NCBI GenBank assembly: GCA_965199495.1
Contig: CBDASK010000003.1
Coordinates: 1,120,001 to 1,184,000, forward strand
Reading direction: 5' to 3'
DNA from: Abditibacterium sp.
GTDB taxonomy: Bacteria; Armatimonadota; Abditibacteriia; Abditibacteriales; Abditibacteriaceae
Length of the DNA stretch: 64,000 bases
The notes beneath the pieces are model-generated. The model did not search any database, was not told where the DNA came from, and saw only the letters and a list, made by a program, of their open reading frames with translations. The translations under genes were made by a program, and so were the position numbers. Below, in pieces: positions 18,612 through 28,886 of the stretch. How positions within the stretch are numbered: the first letter of the stretch is position 1; each line of letters starts with the position of its first letter.

Positions 18612-20287
18612 CGAAGCCCCAACTCCTTCAAACACGCGTCCATTTGCGAGCGGGTCTGGGCGAGTTGCAATTCCAACTCATCTATCTGGTCTTGCAATGC
18701 AGCCACGTCGATGGGGTCTTCGGCTTCGCTGGTGTCCACATAGCGCGCGATATTCAGATTGAAGTCGTTGCCCTCGATTTCGGCGAAGCTGGCGCGGTGC
18801 GCGTATTTATCGGCGCCCTCGAACGCCCGATAAGTCTCGACAACTTTGTCGATGTCCTGCGCGCGCAGCTTGTTTTGCTTTTTCTCGTCGCCAAAGTCGC
18901 GCGAGGCATCAATGAACAGCACGTCGGTTGATTCGCGTCCGCGCTCGAAAATCAAGATCGCGGCGGGAATGCCGGTGCCGAAAAACAGGTTGGTCGGCAA
19001 ACCGACGACCGCTTTGAGCAGGTTCTCTTCGATGAGTTTCTGTCGAATCGTGCCTTCGGCGCCGCCCCGAAACAACACGCCGTGCGGCACGATAACGCCC
19101 ATGCGTCCGCCCTGCGCGGTCGTCTCGATCATGTGCGAGATGAACGCATAATCGCCCTTGCTTTTGGGCGGCACGCCGCGCCAGAAGCGGTTATAACCTT
19201 TGGCCGAGGGCGTTTTCTTGTCCAGACCGGCTTCGATTGTGGCGGCTTCGGCGCCCCATTTATCGAGCGAAAACGGCGGATTGGCGACGACGATATCGAA
19301 CTTCATCAAACGGTCGCCTTCGATGAGACGCGGATTGTTGAGCGTATCGCCCCACTCGATGCGCGCCGAATCTAAGCCGTGCAAGAACATATTCATGCGG
19401 CACAGCGCCCACGTCGAGCCGTTGTTTTCCTGCCCGAACAGCGAGAAGTTTTTCGAGGGCGAACCGTCGGCGTTGGTCACCTGATGCGCGACCTGAATCA
19501 GCAGCGAGCCGCTGCCATCGGCGGGATCGCAGATGCGATCGCCAGGCTGCGGGTCAACTAACCGGGCAAGCAAATGCGAAACCTCTTTGGGCGTATAAAA
19601 CTCGCCCGCCTTTTTGCCCGCGTCAGCAGCAAAGCGGTCAATCAAATACTCGTAAACATCGCCGAACACATCGCGCTTTTGCGCGTGCGTCAAAGCCAAA
19701 TCCAAACGTTCATCGGCAAAGTCTTCCAACAGATTTTTGAGCCGCCGCTTCTTCTCGGCGGGCTGTCCCAAGTTGGCTTCGGAGTTGAAATCAATGTTGC
19801 GAAAAACGCCGTTGAGCTTCGATTTGTTGGCGTCTTCGATGCTTTCCAAAGCCTTGTTGATGAGGTCGCCGATGTTGTCTTGTTCGCGCGCCGCAAACAG
19901 CGAATCGAAATCGCTGCCAACGGGCAATACGAACCGTTGGCGCGCCAAATCGCGTTCGACGCGGGTTTCGTCGTCGCGGTATTTCTCGCGCAGTTCGGCG
20001 CGGATTTGCTTCCACAAATCGGACAGATACTTGAGGAACAACATCGTCAAAATGTAGTTCTTGTAATCGGATGGCTCGACCGTGCCGCGAAAGGTATCGC
20101 AAGCGCGCCAAACCAGTTGGTTGAGTTCATCCTGCGTGATCGCAGTGCGAACCGGCTTGCCCGTGGCTGCTGCGGGCGGACTTCCGGGCGCGGCATCGGG
20201 AGCGGGCGCCGCTTCGGGATGAGCGAGCGGCAATTCAGTTTCTGGCGCATGAGAAAGCGGCAGCAATTGTTGGTCTTGATTTTTCAT
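18608..20287 (-). CDS. hsdM: Type I R-M N6-adenine methyltransferase
   Basis: GEFYTP, DPADGSGSLL, VANPPF, PHGVLFRGG. Confidence 0.97.
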   Translation of the reverse strand: MKNQDQQLLPLSHAPETELPLAHPEAAPAPDAAPGSPPAAATGKPVRTAITQDELNQLVWRACDTFRGTVEPSDYKNYILTMLFLKYLSDLWKQIRAELREKYRDDETRVERDLARQRFVLPVGSDFDSLFAAREQDNIGDLINKALESIEDANKSKLNGVFRNIDFNSEANLGQPAEKKRRLKNLLEDFADERLDLALTHAQKRDVFGDVYEYLIDRFAADAGKKAGEFYTPKEVSHLLARLVDPQPGDRICDPADGSGSLLIQVAHQVTNADGSPSKNFSLFGQENNGSTWALCRMNMFLHGLDSARIEWGDTLNNPRLIEGDRLMKFDIVVANPPFSLDKWGAEAATIEAGLDKKTPSAKGYNRFWRGVPPKSKGDYAFISHMIETTAQGGRMGVIVPHGVLFRGGAEGTIRQKLIEENLLKAVVGLPTNLFFGTGIPAAILIFERGRESTDVLFIDASRDFGDEKKQNKLRAQDIDKVVETYRAFEGADKYAHRASFAEIEGNDFNLNIARYVDTSEAEDPIDVAALQDQIDELELQLAQTRSQMDACLKELGLR

Positions 20288-20315
20288 GGTGGTTTGAGGT
20301 GTGGGTCAGAGGAAG

Positions 20316-20348
20316 CAACGTCTCAGTAGGATTACTGCTGAGACGTTG
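20316..20348. terminator. Hairpin between the TIR gene and hsdM (possible terminator/attenuator)
   Basis: CAACGTCTCAG...CTGAGACGTTG, 11-bp stem. Confidence 0.45.
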
Positions 20349-20379
20349 GAAAAAGACCGCTTAGGTTCGATCTAAATCT

Positions 20380-21255
20380 TCAGTCGCGTAGAACTTCGGC
20401 TAATTGTTGGGCGATTTCTGCGACTGTATTGGTAGAGGAGTTGAGCGCGATTTTATCGGCCAGTGAGGGGCTGAATTGAGTCACTTCGTCTTTTGAGACT
20501 TTGTGCCAGATAGGAAGGATGACCTTCTTGCCTTGCATCTCTTTAGCAACGAGACCGTTCAGTTCGTAGGCGGGCCAGTTTTTAGCGAAGAAAGCGCTGG
20601 AAAACACGACCACTCCGAAACGGGAGTTGGCGAGTCCCCTATCAATGGATTGACGCAAGCTGTCTCCGACTTTGAGCGTCAGTTCATCGAACCACACGTC
20701 AAAGCCAGACTCGATCAGAGCTTCGGCGAGAGGGCGCACGAACTCCTCCTTATCTTCGCTGGCGTGTGAAATGAACACATCATAAGCGACGGGTTCAGCG
20801 GTCGGTGAAGAGGTTGGGGGTGACTGCGCCAGTTGGCGTTGGCGTTGAATTTCAGAGGTCACAGCTTTTTCGCGGTCGAGTCGCTCACGATGGCGCTTTT
20901 TATCCGCGTCTTCCAACTTTTTCTGATGATCTTGGTGCTTTCTGTTTTCACTTTCGACTTCTCTGCTCAACTGTTGTTCGTAGCGGTTGAGGTCTTTGGT
21001 TTTGTCGGCTAATTTTCGCCCCAAATCCGCTTTTTTGGTGGCGATTTTAGCTAAATCGTCGTTACAGCGTGCTATGTCGCGCAACTTGGATTCGAGAGTA
21101 GACGCGCTAACGTTGCCGCGAATCGCGGATTGGGCTGAGTTAAGTTTGCGAATGGCATCGCCATCGTCTTTGTTCTGCCGAGACATCTGCGTGTTCAAAT
21201 CGGCGATGTCGCGGCGCAGACGGTCAATTGTGCTTTGTGTAGAGGAGATGGACAT
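20380..21255 (-). CDS. Coiled-coil + TIR domain protein (TcpC/BtpA/TirS-like NADase)
   Basis: YDVFISHASEDK, VWFDE..LKVGDSLRQSIDRGL, KNWPAYELNGL with the catalytic-type Glu. Confidence 0.92.
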   Translation of the reverse strand: MSISSTQSTIDRLRRDIADLNTQMSRQNKDDGDAIRKLNSAQSAIRGNVSASTLESKLRDIARCNDDLAKIATKKADLGRKLADKTKDLNRYEQQLSREVESENRKHQDHQKKLEDADKKRHRERLDREKAVTSEIQRQRQLAQSPPTSSPTAEPVAYDVFISHASEDKEEFVRPLAEALIESGFDVWFDELTLKVGDSLRQSIDRGLANSRFGVVVFSSAFFAKNWPAYELNGLVAKEMQGKKVILPIWHKVSKDEVTQFSPSLADKIALNSSTNTVAEIAQQLAEVLRD

Positions 21256-21258
21256 AGT

Positions 21259-21843
21259 TTAAGTTTCTGAGCGCGCGAGTTGGAGCGTGAGAGCATCCAT
21301 CCACTGCACGCGCTTTTCAGTCAGTTCTTGGGCGAGTTTTTGTTCTCGCCGGTGCATCCCATCAAGTTGGGCGATTTGGTTTTGGGTTTTGAGTGATGGC
21401 ACATCAATTTCGATTTCTTCGACAACACTACGCGAAATCACCGGAATGTTGGTTTTATGAGCGAGCGCCATCAAAGCAGCTTGCGTTTCGGGATGATTGA
21501 GAAACCACGCCAGATAAGCAGGCGCGAGTTGCTTCGTATCGTGGGGACGTAGAATCCAGAAAAGATGAACGGCAATGGTATTTTCGACGGGCACATTTAC
21601 GAGCGTGGCGCTAAAGCGACGCCCACGACCGAGGAAGAGCACATCACCCTGCTTAACGGCGTAGGCTTCGACATTCTTGCGAGGTCGAGCGCTTTCAATT
21701 TCGTCGGGCAGAAAATTCCCAGCTTCGACATCCTTAATTTGAATGACACGAACTGGTTCTGTATCGGTTGTTTCGTCCTTCAACCCGCCCCGGAACTGAT
21801 AGCCGGAACGGATTGAAGTAAGGTCAGTGAGTCGATGTCTCAT
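21259..21843 (-). CDS. Single-TRD HsdS-like protein
   Basis: IRSGYQFR, IQIKD, GDVLF, YLAWFLN, IDVPSLKTQNQI. Confidence 0.8.
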   Translation of the reverse strand: MRHRLTDLTSIRSGYQFRGGLKDETTDTEPVRVIQIKDVEAGNFLPDEIESARPRKNVEAYAVKQGDVLFLGRGRRFSATLVNVPVENTIAVHLFWILRPHDTKQLAPAYLAWFLNHPETQAALMALAHKTNIPVISRSVVEEIEIDVPSLKTQNQIAQLDGMHRREQKLAQELTEKRVQWMDALTLQLARSET

Positions 21844-21850
21844 GATGTAT

Positions 21851-22492
21851 CTATTCACTCTGGCGAACGCGAAAGGGAAGCGGCTGATCTTGCCAGCGTT
21901 CGAGCGCCTCCGTGCCTGTCGCATAGCAGGGCAAATACGGCTCGTCCGGCGTGGGTTGCAGCCAACCAGTTCGCTCGGCGACTAAACCGCCATCAGGCAA
22001 ATTAGGATTGATGACGCTGCCCCCGAACGAACTACGCCCCCAAGATGAGATTGCCAAGCTCTTCATCTCCTCGTTTAGCGTCCAAACCCGCCACACATCG
22101 TTTTCATCTCCCGTTGTGGTGAAGAAGAAACTCACCCAGGGAGCGGGCAATTTTTCGGCATGGTATCGCTGGAGTTCTTCCATGCTAAGAACGAGGTGCT
22201 CTTGCTGAATTTGGCAGAAAACCAAGGCATCATCGTTGGGATAGGTGCGCGGCCCGATGATGAGTTCGGGATAACGTGGGTGCTGCTGCCAACGTCTTTC
22301 ACTCTCAGAGTCCAGCCAAACGAAAGGTTGGCGCGGCGGGTTGTTAGTCTGCTCGGTGAAGAGGTCGCCTAACTTCTCAGGAGCGATGTTCTTTTGCAAG
22401 TCGCAAAAGATGGCGCGCGGAGTCGTGTGCGCCGGTGTCGTGGTTTGGTAGCAGACCGCGACGGGTGCCACCAATTCAATTTGAACCAACAT
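21851..22492 (-). CDS. Hypothetical protein
   Basis: 213-aa ORF in operon orientation, ending 7 bp before the next start. Confidence 0.55.
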   Translation of the reverse strand: MLVQIELVAPVAVCYQTTTPAHTTPRAIFCDLQKNIAPEKLGDLFTEQTNNPPRQPFVWLDSESERRWQQHPRYPELIIGPRTYPNDDALVFCQIQQEHLVLSMEELQRYHAEKLPAPWVSFFFTTTGDENDVWRVWTLNEEMKSLAISSWGRSSFGGSVINPNLPDGGLVAERTGWLQPTPDEPYLPCYATGTEALERWQDQPLPFRVRQSE

Positions 22493-23858
22493 AATGTGTT
22501 AGCGTTCAGCCCAGCTTCTCGACATTGAAGCCAAGCGTTTGCCTTCAACGCGATCTCTCTGGATTGGCGCGAAGGTCTTGGTTTGAAAGATAGAGAGCAA
22601 ACAACTAAACTGATAAATGAACTCCAATCAGTCCACATCTCTATCAAGGGCCAGTGGTCAGGTTTGATTAAGGCTTCGTGTTGGTAGCACGGAGCCTTAC
22701 CCTTTCTCAAAGCGCGATGTCGTCGCACTTCAAATTTACCCCTGTTCGCATTAGCGATAAATAAATTATATCGCATAACTCCGTAGAGTGCAAGTCATAA
22801 ACGGATAAAAATCCAACTTATTTTTGCGCGCGGCTTTTGGCCGATATTTGCAGCCAAGTATCGGCCTGATCGCGAGCTGTATTCTGTTCATTTTAGCATT
22901 AGATTACGTTCAACCCGAATTGAGCCTAATAGTCGTTCGTATCAACATCAAGAAGGATCTGGCCTCAAGCACTTATGCTTATGGCCAGTCTTCCCCCATC
23001 TCCTGCGCCAGCGAATATTTGGTGCTGGCCGAGGCAAACTTCCCCAGTCCTCAACTCGCTATCTACGCTAAAGGCACCACCGAAGCGGAAAGTCATCTGT
23101 TCCCATCTTTCGTAAGTTTTGAACCGCGTAAATCAAATTGACATTGATGACGCCTGATGCAAGTGCTGAATAGTTGCGCAGACAGTTTTCTAACGTTGAC
23201 CTCTCAGGGATTCAAGGGCAGTAGGCGATAAAAGAGGCTGACACTTTAGCATTCCCCCCTATTAGCGCCGCCTATGGGCCTTAGGTGCGTTGGGGACGGA
23301 GTAGGCAGGTTACTACTCCCCTACCGCCTAATAACGGCAGCATGGGGCCTCTACGCGCAGACGCGAACCCTCCCCATTCGATTTGCTCAGACGAATGCAT
23401 TTAATCTTCGTCCATATCCTCTGTTTTCAGCCAGCAATTGATAGAAGCCGTGAGCGAGGCAAGCGGTAGTTGTGCCATGCCTGGCAATATCAATCCCAGA
23501 GGCGAATTTGCACTCGTGATGCCCCTCATCGAAAGGTTTTACCTGATGGGTTTAGAAGTGCCTGGCAAGCCGAAGAAGAGGCGGAACGCAAAGACCAAAC
23601 AAAAAGTTACTTTGCGACGCATAAAACTTCAGTCCCTCAAGGATGGAACTCACTCCAAATCTCACTGCCACCGCCACTTCTCCTCCTTCCGTCGAAATGG
23701 GGAGTAGTTTGAATTAGGTGAAACAGAATTCGCAGAGTTGAGAAGCTTCTCTAAAATGTAAAATCCCACGGGATGCCTTGCCACTCTATGGCAGTATCGA
23801 ATTAGCCAAAAAGGAGGCTTTTCAGGCTTACCTTCCATATTCACAAAATCAGAGACCA

Positions 23859-24084
23859 CATGGAAGCTAACAGACCACATGGATGCAACGGAAATTGGGT
23901 ATTTCACGAGTTTTAGAATCGTTGCGGTGGCCCATGCCGATTAAGGCTAAATAGCCCCATAAGCGATCAAGCAAATCCACTCAAATTTGCGTGTCGCGAT
24001 TCGCTCTCTAAATCGGATACCTCATGGAAGCTAACATACCACATGGATGCCACGGAAATCGGGTATTTCACGAGTTTTAGAATC
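23859..24084. repeat. 62-bp direct repeat pair (59/62 identical)
   Basis: 23859-23920 and 24023-24084, CATGGAAGCTAACA(G/T)ACCACATGGATGC...CACGAGTTTTAGAATC. Confidence 0.9.
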
Positions 24085-24339
24085 CCTTTCAACTCTCGCG
24101 GAAAACCAGAAAGAACTCCTTCCTCAGCAAAAAGATGGCAGCGTCCATTTGAGACATGGAAACACGAGGTCGTGCCATCGTCTCACAGAACTCATAGATT
24201 TTGGGGGAAGGAAGAGGAGTAACTGGCTCAAGTCTTCGCAACGGACAAAAGAGCAAAAACTAAAGCTGCTACCGGGGCACAAATTACCCTATTATTAAGT
24301 AACATGGACGGGAAAGGCTTATCTTTCGCCTGGCGTCAG

Positions 24340-24672
24340 TTATCGAGGGGAGGTCTCGTTTTCCGAGATGGCGTTCTTCTGCCTTAGCGCTTTCACGGCG
24401 TCGGCCACAGTTGAGGCGAACTGCGTGAAATCCAATTTCAGCGCGTCGCAATAGTCCAACAGCTCCACGATATTGATCTCGCGCTCACCGTGTTCGACTT
24501 TATGAGGGAAGGCGGCGGGCTTGCCCAGACGAGCAGCCACCTCGCGCTGCGTCAGACCAGATTTCTGACGAGCTTCCAATAACAGACTTGCCACCAATTT
24601 ATATTCGTCGCTGTGAGCTGAACGGGGGCGTAAGTGAATGACCTTTGACCTCAACAGGTCATTCTGAACCAT
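24340..24672 (-). CDS. XRE-family HTH regulator
   Basis: LLEARQKSGLTQREVAARLGKP....KVEHGEREINIVEL...CDAL. Confidence 0.88.
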   Translation of the reverse strand: MVQNDLLRSKVIHLRPRSAHSDEYKLVASLLLEARQKSGLTQREVAARLGKPAAFPHKVEHGEREINIVELLDYCDALKLDFTQFASTVADAVKALRQKNAISENETSPR

Positions 24673-24917
24673 TTACCCCTTGCTCCTAAATTGGAAGCAC
24701 AGAAAGTCGATTGAAGGTAAACTTTAGTAGGAAAGAGAGGAGAAACAAAAACCTTTTTAAGTTCGATGAATTCCGCTTCGTTTCTGGTAGCAAGGATTCA
24801 ATCCAGACAGGAAAACACGATTAACACCGAAGTATCTGACTAAATTGAAAACAATGATTTCATTACTACTTAAGCGATTAGACGACGAAGTTCATCCTCT
24901 CGGCACCGACTCACATT

Positions 24918-25433
24918 ATGACACCACAATCAACTCACGCCATCGAGAACGGCATTAGAATCGAAGAAGAACTCTCGGCTCTTGCGAAGCGAATCCTAAT
25001 GCTACGTTGCAGATATCAAGAAGCATTAGCGCATAAAGAAAAGGTGGTAGAAGAGGCCATTCAGCGCGCCGATTCTCTACGTGCCGAAGAAAAGGCCGTC
25101 TGGGAACAACACGAGAGCTATGTATCCGAAATCTTGGCCCATCGAGAAGAGCTAACAGGAGTTCCCGACTTTACGTGCCGATTCGGCACTTTTTCTCTTC
25201 GAGACACACCGCCAATAGTTACCGTTTCGGACATGAACGATTTACAAAAGTGGATGGGAGATTTTCTCGCAAACCTCATGCTTTTGTATTCTGCGCTCCC
25301 CCAAGACCGGCGCACCAAAAAGGACTTTTATGGGATGACATCTCCCATGCTAACCGATTTTTACAATCGCACGGGCGTGCTACCTGATGGATGCGAGCTG
25401 TCTTCATCGTGCAGGAAACCAGTTCTTCAATGA
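24918..25433 (+). CDS. Phage-like protein, weak Gp157/Gam-like
   Basis: Coiled-coil N-terminus, FGTFSLRDTPPIVTV, and C-terminal TGVLPDGCEL. Confidence 0.5.
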   Translation: MTPQSTHAIENGIRIEEELSALAKRILMLRCRYQEALAHKEKVVEEAIQRADSLRAEEKAVWEQHESYVSEILAHREELTGVPDFTCRFGTFSLRDTPPIVTVSDMNDLQKWMGDFLANLMLLYSALPQDRRTKKDFYGMTSPMLTDFYNRTGVLPDGCELSSSCRKPVLQ

Positions 25434-26292
25434 GCTTACGCCTAATTCTCTTGACAACTTCAACCCCTCCAATAAACCAATGTCCCATCCCTCAACTGAC
25501 GTAATAGAACTTCAAGCCCTCTCTGCCCACGTAAAAACGCTGGGCCACGATATGACGGTGTTTTACCACGAGACTTACGACGAAATAGACGATGCGCGTC
25601 AAAACGCCTGTTGCAAAAGATGCGGGAGAAAACTCTCTTACGGAGGTGCAGACTATGACAACGACGCAATGAAGTTCCCCTGCCTCCCCGATGAGGAACG
25701 CGCACGGGAATCAAGCGCGTGGCTCACTGGTGCTTCACCCCGTCTACTGCTTGAACGCCTAACCCAAGAAGTCGCAAAACTTCCCATTGAACTTCAACGA
25801 CTATTCGATCCCGGGCACTTCGATGCAGGGCGGGAGCGCCTCGATTCAGAAGACTGGATTTGGCGGCTGAAATGGTATTTGCGGGATCGACCTCAAGACC
25901 CAATCAGCGCAAGTAATCCGCAGCCCCCAGGTGGCATTGTCGAGTTGGAGCGCTTGGTGTCCAAGGAAAATATCTTCAAAGCCCGCTACATTGGGCCAAA
26001 AGTTAATCCCAATATCGGCGACAATCCCGACTACTGGTTGGTAGAGGAACTTGATACGGATACCGATGGTATCGCCTACCAAGACGAAGGAGGCGTGTGG
26101 CGCTTTCGGCGCATCACAGGAGCCGTCGGTTATCGCGTTCCCTACGAACATCTTCGACTTCTGCCCGCTGAAAACCAGGTGTTAGAGCCGGTATCGGAAG
26201 AGGACGAGGACAGCGAGAGGGGCGATTTCTATTTCAACGACTCGCCGATGACTTCGGGCGATGAACTCGATCCGATGTCGGGAGGGTTTTAG
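25387..26292 (+). CDS. Hypothetical protein (CxxC-containing)
   Basis: Long ORF in the + strand operon. Real start probably 25480. Confidence 0.6.
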   Translation: MDASCLHRAGNQFFNELTPNSLDNFNPSNKPMSHPSTDVIELQALSAHVKTLGHDMTVFYHETYDEIDDARQNACCKRCGRKLSYGGADYDNDAMKFPCLPDEERARESSAWLTGASPRLLLERLTQEVAKLPIELQRLFDPGHFDAGRERLDSEDWIWRLKWYLRDRPQDPISASNPQPPGGIVELERLVSKENIFKARYIGPKVNPNIGDNPDYWLVEELDTDTDGIAYQDEGGVWRFRRITGAVGYRVPYEHLRLLPAENQVLEPVSEEDEDSERGDFYFNDSPMTSGDELDPMSGGF

Positions 26293-26295
26293 CCT

Positions 26296-26625
26296 GTGAG
26301 CCAAATCAAAGGCGGTAAGACCGTTTCTCGCCAGAACTTCTCGATGCACCCCGAACTGATGAAAGCGATCTTTGAAACGGCCAGCATAATGTCCGCCCAA
26401 AGAAGCGAAGAAATCCTCGAAAACCGTTCGATGCGCGTGACCTACTCCAAAGTTGTGGCGGCACTGGTTTTCGATGCTTTAGAGCGCGGCCTCATCCAAA
26501 ACGAGGGAGAGAAGTTCATCCCAACCGCAGCGATGGATGAACTCATCGTGCGCTTTGAGTGCAGCGACTACGAACAAGTAATTCCCGTTGAACCCAAAAA
26601 GCCTCAAGGAGGAAAAAGTGGCTAA
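26296..26625 (+). CDS. Small hypothetical, possibly RHH-like DNA-binding protein
   Basis: GGAGGG RBS, tightly packed in the operon. Confidence 0.5.
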   Translation: MSQIKGGKTVSRQNFSMHPELMKAIFETASIMSAQRSEEILENRSMRVTYSKVVAALVFDALERGLIQNEGEKFIPTAAMDELIVRFECSDYEQVIPVEPKKPQGGKSG

Positions 26626-27070
26626 TTTACCGCTCTTCGAAGTGACGGTTTCAGAGTTATCAATTCAAGGCGTGATAGGTTTCACTGGAACTCAGCACGG
26701 CTTAACGGAACTACAAAAGCATGGAATTAAAAGCTACTTGCAGCAGTTACAGCCTCGTGAAGTGCATCATGGTGATTGTATCGGTGCAGACGCTCAATTT
26801 CATGCGCTGGTGCGAGAGGTATTGCCTGAGACTCGAATCGTGATTCATCCGCCGCTCAGTGAGAGCAAGAGAGCGTTTTGCGATGGCGACGAAACCAAAG
26901 AGGCTCGTGCTTATCTCAAACGTAACCGAGACATCGTGCGCGACAGCGACGTTCTGTTGGCCGCTCCACAATCGCCAGAAGAAATTTTACGCTCCGGCAC
27001 ATGGGCCACGATCCGCTTTGCCAGGAAGCGCAACTCTCCCGTCATCTTGGTGCCACCGGACACCACTTAA
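26588..27070 (+). CDS. SLOG-superfamily (SMF/DprA/LOG, YspA-like) protein
   Basis: IGFTGTQ, HHGDCIGAD, RNRDIV..SDVLLA, SGTWATIRFA.K...PVILV. Confidence 0.8.
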   Translation: MNPKSLKEEKVANLPLFEVTVSELSIQGVIGFTGTQHGLTELQKHGIKSYLQQLQPREVHHGDCIGADAQFHALVREVLPETRIVIHPPLSESKRAFCDGDETKEARAYLKRNRDIVRDSDVLLAAPQSPEEILRSGTWATIRFARKRNSPVILVPPDTT

Positions 27071-27092
27071 AAACTGAATCACCAACTGCTCC

Positions 27093-27130
27093 CAAACGAC
27101 GCTTGTTCTTTTATGAACGAGCGTCGTTTG
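27093..27130 (+). terminator. 16-bp stem hairpin (terminator or nick-site hairpin)
   Basis: CAAACGACGCTTGTTC-ttttat-GAACGAGCGTCGTTTG with one G-U pair. Confidence 0.5.
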
Positions 27131-27192
27131 CGTTTGAAAAAGAGGTTTTTAGGAGTTTTCATTAGCCCTAATAAAGTCTCAAACCTGCTCTC

Positions 27193-28404
27193 ATGGAACA
27201 TTCCCTTTTGTCATCATTGCCCTCAGCATCTTCCCCTTCCCCTCCTCCCAATCAGCAGCATATCGCCACCGTAGAGGAGCAAACGAGGTATCCCGATGCA
27301 AGTGACTTCTCTTTCCGGGAGAATAAATCTCCCGCTTCGCAAGTTCGTCTCGGAGCCACCGGAATAGACACGCTCAAATTGTTCTTTCCTTTGCGACTCA
27401 ACCGTCGCCCTGATTTTCACGTTCTCCAGCGCAATCAGACGCGGGGACGTGATGTAGGGGAAGGTTATCTGTGGCGCGATCCAACGGGAAAACTCGCCTA
27501 CGGTTCAATTGCCGTGCGACGTTCGGGAGAGTTCCGCTTTCGCATCGGCCCCGTCGGAACGGAAACAAAGCTGCGCGCCTTCTTCTCCGCTTCCACTGCC
27601 ACCTTTGGCAATAATACCTACGCAATTACCCAAGCAGAGCTACAAAGTGCCTTAGAACGCATGGAAAGCACACTCTACGATTTGGGATTAGATGTGAACT
27701 GGCGCGAAGGACAAGTTTCACGCGTTGATGTGCATCGAGATGTCTCGTTACCTCGCCCCTTCCACTACTACTTGGCCGCCCTCCAAATCATCGAACCTCG
27801 CTATGGGCGCATCTTCCAGAATTTCCCTACTGGCGTGCTACGCGGAGCCGCCACGCGCTTGGTTTATAATCTCTACGATAAACGAGCGCAGTGCCGCCAT
27901 CGTGCTATTTCACCACCGCCAGAGACAGATTCTTATCCGGCGTGGCTCCGCTGCGAAGCCCGTCTCCCGACCGCCTCCGCCGTTCGCAGTGCGTTAAATA
28001 TCGGCACTGCCGGAGAATTAGTAGAAGTCTTCGACCAGCTCCCGAATTGGTTGAGTGAACGTATCGGCCAAGACCTTCTCCACGAAGCAGTGCCCGATTA
28101 CATAGGGATGCCCAAAATGGCAAGCCCCACTTTTACGCCGGAAGATGAGACGTGGTGGGCAGCACAACTTCTGGGAGAGGCCGAGGGTTTGCGAGACCGT
28201 CTCGCTCTAATCGCTTTGCGCCTTGCTTCTTCAACGATTGGGCCGCAGAGATTTTGGGAATTAGCCAGGCAAGAGGATTGGAGCCAGAGCCTGCAAGTCA
28301 CTAAACACCGTAAGCATCTGAGACAAGTGGCGATGAACTCTTTCTCTGATGAAATGATTCCCGTCGCCCAACTTTATCGCGAATTGAAAGTAGCGTTGCT
28401 TTAA
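27193..28404 (+). CDS. Rep_trans / phage-plasmid gene II-like rolling-circle initiator or relaxase
   Basis: GIDTLKL, VSRVDVHRD, YNLYDK, WLRCEARL motifs. Confidence 0.7.
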   Translation: MEHSLLSSLPSASSPSPPPNQQHIATVEEQTRYPDASDFSFRENKSPASQVRLGATGIDTLKLFFPLRLNRRPDFHVLQRNQTRGRDVGEGYLWRDPTGKLAYGSIAVRRSGEFRFRIGPVGTETKLRAFFSASTATFGNNTYAITQAELQSALERMESTLYDLGLDVNWREGQVSRVDVHRDVSLPRPFHYYLAALQIIEPRYGRIFQNFPTGVLRGAATRLVYNLYDKRAQCRHRAISPPPETDSYPAWLRCEARLPTASAVRSALNIGTAGELVEVFDQLPNWLSERIGQDLLHEAVPDYIGMPKMASPTFTPEDETWWAAQLLGEAEGLRDRLALIALRLASSTIGPQRFWELARQEDWSQSLQVTKHRKHLRQVAMNSFSDEMIPVAQLYRELKVALL

Positions 28405-28487
28405 CCGAATAACAAGAGAGAGAGACCAGTCAAATCACGAAATTTCACAACCGATTTGATAGGGCTAATGTTGTTAACTATAAGCCT

Positions 28488-28886
28488 ATGAATAATAGAA
28501 GCATAACAGTGGGAGGAAATGTCACGAACAGCCCTTTGAGCACTGGAGACAACGCCTTCATTCAGCAATTCAACCAGACGAGCTTGCAAGCGGAAGACGT
28601 AAATATCCAACAAGAGGTCGCTGGTCTACGTGAGATACTCTCGCAACTCCAAACTCCCGATCAAGGAAAAATAGATCGGGCCTTGACTGATGTAGAAGAA
28701 GAGACTGATAAAACTGAGCCTGACAAATCTGAGGTCGAGAAGAGTATCGAGCGCGCGATGGATTACGCAAAGAAAGCCGACGGCTATGCTGAAGTCATGG
28801 AAAAACTGGCGGTGAGATTGCTGCCGATAGCAATATGGTTGGGCTTGAATGCGGACAAATTCACCCAAATCACATCGAGTTTTTAA
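28488..28886 (+). CDS. Small protein: N-terminal Asn/Gly-rich amyloid-like motif plus helical-bundle domain
   Basis: MNNRSITVGGNVTNSPLSTGDN followed by amphipathic helices ending LLPIAIWLG. Stop overlaps the convergent gene. Confidence 0.75.
   Translation: MNNRSITVGGNVTNSPLSTGDNAFIQQFNQTSLQAEDVNIQQEVAGLREILSQLQTPDQGKIDRALTDVEEETDKTEPDKSEVEKSIERAMDYAKKADGYAEVMEKLAVRLLPIAIWLGLNADKFTQITSSF

Noticed and set aside
11991..20329. Long + strand ORFs opposite hsdR/hsdM (similarly opposite LSR2, the primase and the helicase)
   Set aside because: Antisense shadows of GC-rich genes with no recognisable motifs.
22369..23907. Short ORFs 22369-22776, 22824-23141 and 23438-23907
   Set aside because: Overlapping, no recognisable domains; coding status unsupported.
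23859..24084. 62-bp repeat pair as a mini-CRISPR
   Set aside because: Only two copies, repeat too long, 102-bp gap, no cas genes.
20380..27070. TIR plus SLOG as a Thoeris system
   Set aside because: Genes are 5 kb apart on opposite strands, the SLOG lacks a SIR2 domain, and the TIR is TcpC-like rather than ThsB-like.
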